Below, piece after piece: positions 39,656 through 49,901 of a stretch of DNA of 64,000 bases. A model generated the notes under the pieces. That model was not told the origin of the DNA. It worked only from the letters and a program-made list of their open reading frames with translations, and did no database searches. The stretch is from Octopus sinensis. Lineage: Eukaryota. A program made the position numbers and the translations under genes. The DNA is taken from positions 176,514,001 to 176,578,000 of the forward strand of contig NC_042997.1 in assembly GCF_006345805.1 (NCBI RefSeq), written 5' to 3'. Positions within the stretch are counted from its first letter, which is position 1. Each line of letters starts with the position of its first letter.

Positions 39656-39874
39656 GTGCAACTATCATTAACACCACAACAGACAGGAGAACTACGAATT
39701 GTGGGTATTGCTTATAATCTAGGTACTAATTCTCTTCAATCATCAAACAGTACCAACAGTTTGATATTAAATGATGGGAATTTAACTGGAACAACAGTGA
39801 CAACATCAAGTAAAGTTTATGGACCAGATCGCAGGCTCGATCTGGTAATAAAGCAACAAATGCCAATCCTTAAG
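39656..39874 (+). CDS. TRAPPC8: TRAPPC8 coding exon
   Basis: taatag|..|gtaatt; VQLSLTPQQTGELRIVGIAYNLGT...KVYGPDRRLDLVIKQQMPILK. Confidence 0.95.
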
Positions 39875-41012
39875 GTAATTTTTCTTTGCTAAACAGGGTT
39901 AAATATTCTTTCACATGAAAACACAAAAAAATTATAGACTAATATCAATTTGAAAAATATATTAGGACATTTTAGCATGATTATTAGGCAATAAATTTTA
40001 TAAATCTAATGTATTTCTGCAATCAAACATTCCAAAAATTTGTTTTAAACACTTCAATTATGTTTTAATATATACACACACACACACACACATATTTATA
40101 GTGGAAGCACATGGTGTAGTGCTTAGAGCAGTAGACTTGCAGTTAAGAGATCACGGGTTCAAATCTCAGACTGGGCAATGTGTGTGTTTATGTGTGAAAC
40201 ACCTAAGCTCCACATGGCTCTGGCAAAAGGTAATGGTGAACTTCTGCTGACTCTTTCGCCACAACTTCCTCTCACTCTTTCCTCTGCATCTAGCAACTCA
40301 CATGTGACAAACCAGTGTCCCATCCAGGTGAGGAATCTATATGCCTATGAAACTGGGAAACCAGCCCATATGTGTCGGGCATGGCTCGAGAAGGAACAAA
40401 CACACACATACACACACACACATACATATATACATTCATATTCATATATGTACATACACACATACATACATATTTATATATGTACAAAGGTGCAACCACC
40501 TCTATAGTGTTGGTGCCTCAAAAATATGCACCCAATATACTCTGTAAAGTAGTTAGCATTAGGAAAGACATCCAGGCTTAGAAATGACTAAACTGAGACA
40601 TTGATGCATAATGTAGTCCCCAAACTTGGATCCTGTTCAACCCATACCAGCATGGAAAGTAGCCACAAAATGGTGATAGCTAATAAATCACAAATCCACT
40701 TCTTAGTAATCAGTTACTCCAATGAATATATATATATATAGCATTATTAGAATATACACCAAGTTGAATCAGAATATTTTAGAATCAATTAGAATGTTTT
40801 GCTTAGAGAAATAAACAAACATTAATTTTTATTGTAATTATTTTCAAAATATAATAGAAAGTGATCAAGATTTGATGAAGAGGTTAAGGGTTTTATAACA
40901 AAATAGCATATAGTGATGTATCTATTTGATTTGATTTTTATAAAACTTCCATCTATTAATGTATATACTTGACGCATTAATAATTTTTTTTTTCTGGTAT
41001 TTATCCTTATAG

Positions 41013-41419
41013 GTTGAATTAGATAAAATTCCAGAAACCCTTTTGTGTGGAGAAGTCCAAAGTATCACTCTGAAGTTCTGTAATGATGGAACAATTCCAT
41101 TGAAAAATCTCAAAGTAGCATCCAATACACCTAGTTTCTTGGCTCTTGGCACTGATGTGGATCTTGTTGATTCTGTACCATTTTCTAGTATATATCAAAC
41201 ACAAGGGGAAGATATTTGTGGAGAAATACCTGGCAATGAGCCAAAAGAGGTTGCAATGAATGGCATTATAGTAATTGATATACCCATTCCAAATGGAATA
41301 TTAAAACCAAATTTTACAATGACTGTTCCTATGTGGATACGGGGTAACGATGTTGCTGGGGTGCATACTATCAACTTTCTCTTCTATTATGAGCCTGTTG
41401 AACAAGATACTAAAATAAA
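41013..41419 (+). CDS. TRAPPC8: TRAPPC8 coding exon
   Basis: ccttatag|..|gtgagt; PETLLCGEVQ...PMWIRGNDVAGVHTINFLFYYE matches LLCGEIRK...PMWLRGPDEEGVHEINFLFYYE. Confidence 0.97.
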
Positions 41420-41591
41420 GTGAGTTATTCTTTCTATTTTTTCATTTTTCCCCTTGACATTGTTTTATGTAGGTATTGATAGTTTTTTGGTTTTTTTTAG
41501 AGAAGAAACTTAATGTTATTATCATCATTGAATTCAAATACTACTGAATAAGACTTTGCCTGTCATTTTTCTGGAATGGATAAAATATGTA

Positions 41592-41890
41592 ATAATAAAT
41601 CTCTGAACGAGATGTAAACAGTAACTGCTTGACAACGTAAAGTATACTAGCCATCTCAATATGTCTAACCACTAAGGGTGGGTGTTACTGTAGCTTTTAG
41701 CCCCAGGAGATCATCGTCTCCAGCTGGCTTTAGACACACTTTCTGTGCTCTTATGGTATTTGCAAATACCATAAGGGCACAGAAAGTGTGCCTAAAGCCA
41801 TTTGGAGACGATGATCTCCTGGGGCTAAAAGCTACAGTAACACCCACCCTTAGTGGTTAGCCATATTGAGATGGCTAGTATACTTTACGA
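41592..41890. mobile_element. Palindromic insertion with 11-bp target-site duplication
   Basis: TAAAATATGTA at 41581-41591 and 41891-41901; 44-nt leader plus 254-bp loopless inverted repeat at 41636-41889. Confidence 0.85.
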
Positions 41891-42027
41891 TAAAATATGT
41901 ACTTAACAAATACTGGGATCAATTTTTAATCAGCCATAATCCAAATAACTGACCTTTACTTATTTTTAAAATTATTTTCATTAAAAACCACTCATTCTAA
42001 ATGTGCTTTTTGTATTGTTTTATTCAG

Positions 42028-42178
42028 ATACAGAGTATTACGTTATTCAGCTGTGATAAATACAGTGGAATCATTGAATGTGCAAGCAACAATTCAAAGG
42101 AGTAGAGCATGTGTACAAAAATGTTCAGAGGATAAAGATGAGTGCTTCATAACTTGTGAACTTGAAAATTTGAATTCT
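42028..42178 (+). CDS. TRAPPC8: TRAPPC8 coding exon
   Basis: tattcag|..|gtaagt; YRVLRYSAVINTVESLNVQATIQRS matches HRILRHTAIICTSRSLNVRATVCRS. Confidence 0.93.
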
Positions 42179-42720
42179 GTAAGTGTTTTCTATTTTATTC
42201 TTAAATGAGAAGAAAGCCTAATTGATGAAATAGTTTCAATATCTTAAGATTGTTAATCCCCTTCTGTTTTTCCATGATATGATGTGGTAAAAATCAAAAG
42301 CACTGAAGCCAAAATGATTGTGTATATTTGAGATTGTATATTATTGTGTGAGAAACAGCTGCCCAGACTGTAATAGCTACACTGACCTGTAGCAACATGA
42401 TGGAACAAAGTTAAGTCAAAATGTGGCTGTGTAATTTTAGTAATGATCACCAACAAACAAACAGGTTACTACAAGAATAAAGCTTAACTAAAATTACATA
42501 GAATAATTATTACCTCACTACAATCAATTTGGAGGTGAACAAGGATGATATTAATGAATATTTTGAAAATAGAATCTTGTTTTGGTTAAGCAGTACAGTG
42601 ACATCTATACTGCTCTTGGCTTGGTTATAATGTTATGTATATGGGACTGTTTGCAAAAATCTGCTGGAATAGATTTGAAGAAAGCTACATCTGGTATTTT
42701 CATTTATATTTCATTTATAG

Positions 42721-42823
42721 GGCCAAACAAAAGCACCTCACTTAAAAACAATCCAAATAAAGCAGATGTCATGTGCTAGTAGAAATTGGTCTATTAACTA
42801 CCTCAGTACTCCAAAGAATACAG
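42721..42823 (+). CDS. TRAPPC8: TRAPPC8 coding exon
   Basis: catttatag|..|gtaaga; GQTKAPHLKTIQIKQMSCASRNWSINYL resembles FHIVQVSSSSKHWKL; phase 0 to 1 fits. Confidence 0.85.
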
Positions 42824-43313
42824 GTAAGATATTTTTTTAATTATATAATCATAATACTTTTGTATGATTTTTGCACGAATGCTAAATTTCTAGAAAAGGA
42901 ACTGCAAGAGAAAAAGCACTAACAACTACATCTTGCAATAGATTTCTTTATCAATTTCCATCTGTTGTAAATTAAAAATTGTAAGAATATCAAATATTGT
43001 TTCCAAAGATGGTGTATTTATGACTGGTTAGTCATAAATGTTATAGACAATATTTTGATAACGAAAGGTTTGTAATTCCTACAAGTAAAACTGAGTTGGG
43101 ATTACACTCTTCAAATAAAAATTTAATCAAAACTGCTAATACTTCGTAGCATTGGTATTTCACCCGTAACTAAGAAAATGCCTACAGATATGTTATGAAA
43201 ATAATATTGGTAGCACAAAATCCTTTGAATATAATTCATCTAAGTTGAATACTATGGTTTTCAAAAAAAAAAAAAAAAAGAATATTTAACTATAATTTCA
43301 ATTTGATTTTCAG

Positions 43314-43388
43314 AATTACTCATTCATAATCGTGAAACATTGCAAATGTGTTTGAAAGCTATAGGAAAAAGAGCAACCTGTTGTGAAG
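43314..43388 (+). CDS. TRAPPC8: TRAPPC8 coding exon
   Basis: ttttcag|..|gtatct; LLIHNRETLQMCLKAIGK resembles KLASREKGKFCFKAIR; phase 1-1. Confidence 0.85.
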
Positions 43389-43460
43389 GTATCTATTTCT
43401 TCTTCAATCTACTTCATGTATTTCTTCATTTAAGTTTTCTAAAAGATGCAAGCAATCTAA

Positions 43461-43681
43461 CCCTTTAGCATTCAGATTACTCTGATAAATGTAATGCTAA
43501 TTGATTCACATTGTTTTGAATTAATCATGCATTATCTTGAAGCTTTGAGACTTCAGTGATGTGATAGATTATTTTTAGAATGACATTGTAGGGTAGGTGT
43601 GAGAGGCCAAATCTGACTGGTTTGAACATATGGTAAAGTAGAATATTTGGGCCAGATGTGGCCTGTTGAAATGCTAAAGGG
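43461..43681 (+). mobile_element. piggyBac-type MITE
   Basis: ccctttagcatt...aatgctaaaggg termini, degenerate TTAA flanks. Confidence 0.75.
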
Positions 43682-43840
43682 TTTAGTGTCTAAATATCTG
43701 AGATAAGTTAATAAGATTGTAATCTTATATTTACAATTCAGTTTGAACTTCCAATTGTCATCAGGTTTCTTATTCTTGGATATCTACATAATTTGAATTC
43801 AGACTATGTGCATTTATTTCTAAAAGTGTTGTATGTTGTT

Positions 43841-43872
<32 letters not shown>

Positions 43873-44546
43873 ACAGATTTCATTCAGTTTCTGCTAAATT
43901 CTACTCACCAGGCTTAGGTCAGCCTGAGGCTATAGTTGAAGACACTTGCCCACAGTACCACACAGTGGGAGTGATCATAAAACTGTGTGTTTGGGAAGCA
44001 AACTTGTTAACCACACAGCCACCCCTATCTATCTACCTACTTATGTATCTAAACCCCCCAGCTATTTTGTAGAACATTGAAATATTGGTTTCAGATTTTG
44101 GCTTGAGGCCAGCAATTTGGGGGAGGAAGTAAGTTGATTACATCGACCCCAGTGCTCAACTGGTACTTATTTCATCAACCCCCCAAAAAAATAAAAGGCG
44201 GAGTTGACCTTGCTAGAATTTGACTCAGAACAGAGATGGATGAAATGCTAAGTATTTCGCCTGGTATGTCACCAATTCTGCCAGCTTGCCCCTTTCAGAA
44301 CACTGAAATAGTGATCACTATCAATTGGTGTCATTGGCCTGAGAGTTCTATCTTCTGTAGGATCGTCAAGAGATTAACGTCTCGTCATGTGTCGTTATAT
44401 TGTGTCAGTGGTTGCTTGTAGATTACATACTACTGAAGGTGTTCGCATTCCATCTGGCAGCAAAGTTTAGCAGAATTTGATGGTTTATTTTGAAAGTTTT
44501 ACTGAAATGCACCAAATTCCATTCAAATTTTTTACTGTTTTATCGC

Positions 44547-44860
44547 CCCACTTCTTAGCAAATGTGATTTTCATTTGCATTGTTAGGAGTAATCTTTAAG
44601 TTCTGTAGTACTTCCTTTGCTGCATAAGCTTGCAGTTTATTTTCATACTCAACAAATGCTATATCACATTATCAACCATGCACCAATTGAATCTCTTTAG
44701 AAATGAGAGATTGAGCAAGCAACATAAACAACACCATTTCTGTAGTTTGTTCATGAAAATTAGTTAGAACAGAATTTGATTTGGGGGTTACTCTAGAATG
44801 GTATTTTATCTGCTATATTTGTAGCATTTTGAACTGGCTGTTGTATAAAATTGTTAGTTA
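44547..44860 (-). pseudogene. Decayed retrocopy of U1A/U2B''/SNF, C-terminal RRM
   Basis: PPNQILF(fs)TNFHEQTTEMVLFMLLAQ...[39 protein letters not shown](fs)MKITFAKK aligns to [47 protein letters not shown]...KITPTHAMKITFAKK; stops and frameshifts. Confidence 0.88.
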
Positions 44861-44986
44861 AATGGGTCTTAATAGCATTCATAAAAACTAGAATAGCAAC
44901 AGTTTTTAAGAAATCTTGCAAATAAAATACCGATTCTGTGATATTTTCCATTGAATTTGATTGTATTTTATTTCTGTCTTTTGTAG

Positions 44987-45045
44987 GTGAATCAGAAAAG
45001 TCTCGTAAGGTGTATTTTAGCAATACCCATTTTAATGAAACAAAA
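44987..45045 (+). CDS. TRAPPC8: TRAPPC8 coding exon
   Basis: ttttgtag|..|gtaagt; GESEKSRKVYFSNTHFNETK resembles YTFADIIFGNEQ; needed for phase 1 to 0. Confidence 0.8.
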
Positions 45046-45302
45046 GTAAGTTAGAAACTGCAATAGTTTCATTCCTCTTTAATTTTTGTCTCCTCAAAAG
45101 TAATTTGAAATATTGATAAGTTCAATTTTACATTCTCAGCAAAATTAATTTGGAAAATTGAAAGTTTACTTATGGCTGGATACCTTCACACTGTTGTAAA
45201 GACTTGTTAGATGATTTGATACTAGAAAACCATTTAAATAGAAATTGCTTGGTCTTTTGTCTGATGCATTGATGAAGACATACTCATTCATCAGCATTCT
45301 AG

Positions 45303-45333
<31 letters not shown>

Positions 45334-45916
45334 GTTTAACGTCCGCTTTCCATGCTAGCATGGGTTGGACGGTTCGACCGGAGTCTGGTAAGCCAGGGCT
45401 GCACCAGGCTCCAGTCTGATCTGGCAGTGTTTCTACAGCTGGATGCCCTTCCTAACGCCAAACACTCCGCGAGTGTAGTGGGTGCTTTTTACGTGCCACC
45501 TGCACAGGTGCCAGGAGGGTCTGCCTGTTTTAATTAATCAAACCCATTAGACGTTAATCAAACTGCTCAAAATTAATTAATAAGCACCAAAATTTCAATG
45601 TGCTAAGATCCTAAACATCAGGTCTCTCTCAGCTAGAAATACTGCAACGACCACAAAACAATACCAGTTCTCTCCCAGCCAGAAACACTGCAATGAAAAC
45701 AAAATACCAGGTCCCAGCAGGAAATACTGGAATGACAACAATACAATACTCCAGTCCAGTAGTTCTTGGAACTTTTAAGATTTATGGGGACGGAAGGGGT
45801 CCATAATTGTAGAAATTTCCATGTGTAGAACCAGTGAATATACTTCACTGAAAATTAGATATATATATATTTACGAAGTCGAGACAAATATCCGCAGCTA
45901 GCAGGCTTATGCTAGT

Positions 45917-45961
45917 CTAGACTGATGATGGGCAAAGACCCTGAAACATGCGTGTCTCTAG
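45917..45961 (+). ncRNA. Minimal type I hammerhead ribozyme motif
   Basis: CUAGA CUGAUGA U-GGG CAAAGA CCC-U GAA ACAU GC GUGU C^ UCUAG: conserved core, stem I CUAGA/UCUAG, stem II GGG/CCC, stem III ACAU/GUGU, GUC cleavage triplet. Confidence 0.75.
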
Positions 45962-47320
45962 ATGCAGGCCTAGCTGTTGGGGGTATTTGTCTCCCCTTCG
46001 TAAATATATAAGGACACAGGGAAAAAATGTGTCGAAGCCGGCAGGAAGCGTTGATGCTTCCTAGGGCTAAACAGCGGTGGTGTAATTCCCTACTGTCACG
46101 TTAAGTTGACAGTATACAACCATTACAAATTCGCAAACATTTTCCTGAAAATGCCGAAAAATAAAAGCGATGATAGGTTACTTAAACTGAAGAATAGAAC
46201 TAATATTTTTGCTTTGTATAAGTTGCTCTTCATATATAACAGATTGTGGCCTGTATGTCTGTATGCTAACATTCCAGTATAGTTTTACTACTTGAAAATC
46301 ATGGCTAATAACTAGTGCTTATAAAATTCTGTTTGTATTTTGTGCAGTACTTAATATAATTTAATATTTACTGTATACTTTATATATGAAGAAAAAAAAA
46401 ATAGAAAGGCCTTTCAAAATTTTGACTTATTATATGAAACTAAGGTAGTGGAGTAGAAAAAAATATAAGCCAGATGTCTTTGATTTGTACAATATATATG
46501 TGAAATCAATTGAAATTTGTTGGAAATTATGATTTGAAATTTTGTTTCTAAAGTTGGGTTTATAAATGATTAGTACAAAAGAATGTTACAGAACACTGAA
46601 ATACATATGTTATTTTGGATGTTTAAAACTGAAAGAAAAAAAGCGATTGAAGTATTTGGTGGATGGCAGAGTAACAGTGAAGGAGACATATGAAGTAGTG
46701 AAAGTAGATTGCAGTACGTTGGGCCTCAAACAAGAGTTTATGGAGAATCAACATGATTGATGACATAGTTGTAAAGTAGGCCTGTTCATTCCATGCCAGG
46801 CTGGGGAAGGGGAAAGGACGCTAAAATAACGTATTTATAAAGTAACATCAGATTAAAATGTATCTAAACATTAATATTTGGAAGTAAAAACAAAAAAGGA
46901 TTGTGCTTTTTTTACCTGACAAACCATGGAAAAAGTTTAGTAAAATAATTGCCATTCTAAGGTTATTATAAATATTGTAATTAATGCCATCATGTATGGA
47001 AAATGCAAAATACATATGTCATTTGATAAATTTAATTCTTTAAATTAGCACATATAATCTCAGAAAAGCATTAGATTATGTCATTTTGGAAAAGAAAACT
47101 CTATGCTGTTTCTTACTGTTGGGGGACAATAAAATATTTTATAAGTTGAATCTTCTAGTTGATTTACATATTTGTGAACCACCTTTTTTCACTTTGCAAA
47201 ACTACAGCCACAGATTTTACTTTTGTAGCTTCATGGAAAGTAAATTGTTGCTTAAGTAATCTTTCCACTTCCCATAATTTTTATATTTTATGTTTTCTAA
47301 CTTTTATTTTTCTATTCTAG

Positions 47321-47494
47321 ATTAAAAGTTCCAAGACACCTTGCTCGGATTTTTATTACAAATGCACACAGAACTGTGATCAGCAGTCAACTTTAATATC
47401 CAGTTATTCACCTAATACTAATAATAAGCATTCCAAATTCAGTGACCTTGATACTGCCATTGAAGTGAATTTAACATTAATTATCTTATGGCAG
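47321..47494 (+). CDS. TRAPPC8: TRAPPC8 coding exon
   Basis: tattctag|..|gtaaat; IKSSKTPCSDFYYK...EVNLTLIILWQ matches IISSASPCADFFYR...EVDLNIVILWK. Confidence 0.93.
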
Positions 47495-48565
47495 GTAAAT
47501 ACGGTTTTACTAGTTTCAGCCTGTGAACTGTTGTTACTTCGTTATTTCATAAATTAATCTGAATTTTCTTCTCAGTACCTATCTTATTTCAGTCATTAGA
47601 CTGCAGCCATGCTGAAGCACTGCCTTGAAAATTTTTTAGTCAAATTGACCTTTTTTTAAAAAGAAAAGCCTGGTACTTAGTGGTTCAGCAAAAAGGGCAA
47701 TAAACTAAGTCACAGGGATGTAAACTCACCACTACTGGTTGTCAAGCAGTAAAAGGGACAAATACAGACACACACATACACATATATAATTGGTTTCTTT
47801 CAATTTCTGTCTACTAAATCGACTCACAAAGCTTTGGTCAACCTGAGGCTATAGTAGAAGACACCCATGGTGTCACGCAGTAGGTCTAAACTGGAACCAT
47901 ATGGTTGGGAAGCAAACTTCTTACCATACAGCCATGCCTGCACCTATATTTATAAAAAGAAGTCTTGAAAAATTTTCCTATGTGGTATAAAAGTCTTATC
48001 CATTTTTAAAAGTAATTTGAGAATTTTCTAAAAATTAGTTATTGTAAATGTTAAGATTTATTATTAGAATAGAATAGTTTGAGTGAAGCATTGTGTAATA
48101 TTACATTAGATTAACACTTGATAAGGCTGAAACATTGTAAAAATGAACTACGAAACCATAACAGTTGAAATAGAATGTAAATCTCCAACTTTTGTTCTAT
48201 TTTCATTTTTGTAGTTCACTTTGTATTTTGTTTCGCATTGTTTTGGCCTGATGAAATTTTATGTAATATAATCTTTGTACAATCCAATTCAATATCTATG
48301 CCATCTAAATGCATATACAAAGAACTGTGTTATATATAGTGTCCCTCTGAGTGTTACTCCTGTCTGTTAACTTTGCATTTCATTCTTCCTGGGTTGGTAA
48401 AATAAAATGTCTGTTAAGAACAGGGGTTATACAATCAACTATATTCCTCTCCCCAATACGTATAGTCTTGTATTGTACATGGGACATTGAAAGAGTTTGC
48501 TAATGCATGCTAAGCATGCGAATTGGCCTTTCTTCAGTGCTTATTTGTTATTTTAAAAACTTTTT

Positions 48566-48962
48566 ATCATCATCATCGTTTAACGTCTGTTTTCCATGCT
48601 AGCATGGGTTGGACGATTCAACCAGGGTTTGGGAAGCCAGCAGGCTGCACCAGGCTCCAGTCTGATCTGGCAGTGTTTCTACAGCTGGATGCCCTTCCTA
48701 ACACCAACCACTCCATGAGTGTAGTGGGTGCTTTTTACGTGCCACCGGCACAGGTGCCAGGGGAGGCTGGCAGCGGCCACAATTGGTTGGGGCTTTTTAC
48801 GTGCCACCGGCACTATTTCCATTTGATATTTATTCTGATGTTTATGTACTTGACTCAATAGTTCTTCTCAAGCACAGCAGGTCACCCTGCGATTCAAGGT
48901 AAGCACAGCAGGTCACCCTGCGATCCAAGGTAAGCACAGCAGGTCGTTCTGCAATCCAAGGT
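48566..48962 (-). mobile_element. SINE family C with (GAT)n tail (other - copies 22763-22918, 45304-45522, 50462-50660)
   Basis: catcatcatcgtttaacgtc..ccatgctagcatggg..cagctggatgcccttcctaac; ends in 3 x 31-bp tandem unit aagcacagcaggtcaccctgcgat(t/c)caaggt at 48870-48962. Confidence 0.85.
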
Positions 48963-49050
48963 ACTTTTATATGTATTGGTAATTGTTTCATTGTTTCTGA
49001 ATGAATATGAATTAGCTATTTTAATTGTATGTTTTGTTCCTTTCTCATAG

Positions 49051-49155
49051 GCTTTAGTGGTACAAGATTCAGGTGAGACAGTTACACTGGTTGGACAACA
49101 TCATGTAACCTTTACAAAGCTTAACAAGTCTGCAACATCTTATCCTGTAACTAAA
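49051..49155 (+). CDS. TRAPPC8: TRAPPC8 coding exon (105 nt, phase 0-0)
   Basis: tctcatag|..|gttagt; ALVVQDSGETVTLVGQHHV matches AYVVEDSKQLILEGQHHV. Confidence 0.93.
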
Positions 49156-49497
49156 GTTAGTAAAATTTAAAATATTCTTTATTCAAATGTTTTACATTAA
49201 CAAAAATTTTTTTCTTGAATGTGAAATGAAAGCCTTTGGCTCTTGATGACAGTTATATTATTCTTTTTACCTTTGCTACATAAATTAATATAAAGTAAAT
49301 CAGCCAATGAGAGAACATTTACATCATTGCTTGACCTAATAGAATTAGCAGACAAATCTCCTGCAAAGCACACTGTCTTTTAAAAAAATGTCACATTGGA
49401 TAATGTAATCTAAGATACTCTATTAGTAGTAACTCAAAACTGGATAACAACAATGGGTGTTGCACTTACATTTTTTAGGACACATACACTTGACATT

Positions 49498-49901
49498 GAG
49501 TCAAGTACATCAACATCAAAATAAATATCAAATGAAAATTGTAGTTATGATACCTGTGCCGGCGGCACATAAAAAGCACCATCTGAACCGATGCCAGTGC
49601 CGCCTTGACTGGCTTCTGTGCCGGTGGCACATGACCTGCTGTGCTTGAGGAGACCTATTGAGTAAAGTACATCAACATCAAAATAAATATCAAATAGAAA
49701 TTGTAGTTATGATACCTGTGCCGGCGGCACGTAAAAAGCACCAACCAATCATGGCCGCTGCCAGCCTTCCCTGGCACGCAAAAAACACCCACTACACTCA
49801 CGATCAGACTGGAGCCTTGTGCAGCCTCCTGGTTTCCCAGACCCCGGTCGAACCATCCAACCTGTGCCAGCACAGAAAACAGACGTTAAATGATGATGAT
49901 G
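49498..49901 (+). mobile_element. SINE family C, + copy (others 23118-23303, 31850-32035, 40500-40680, 59860-59965)
   Basis: Reverse complement of the 48566 copy; internal ~84-bp direct duplication (49498-49581 / 49660-49743); ends gacgttaaatgatgatgatg. Confidence 0.85.

Noticed and set aside
40100-40175. tRNA-like sequence (also 34255-34331 on minus)
   Set aside because: Continues into a SINE body and cloverleaf is imperfect; SINE head, not a tRNA gene.
48100-48300. ctgatga and ctgaaac motifs with an imperfect inverted repeat
   Set aside because: Motif order and spacing do not form a hammerhead; too decayed to call.
48870-48962. 3 x 31-bp direct repeats superficially like a CRISPR array
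   Set aside because: No spacers, eukaryotic context, and it is a tandem slip at a SINE end.
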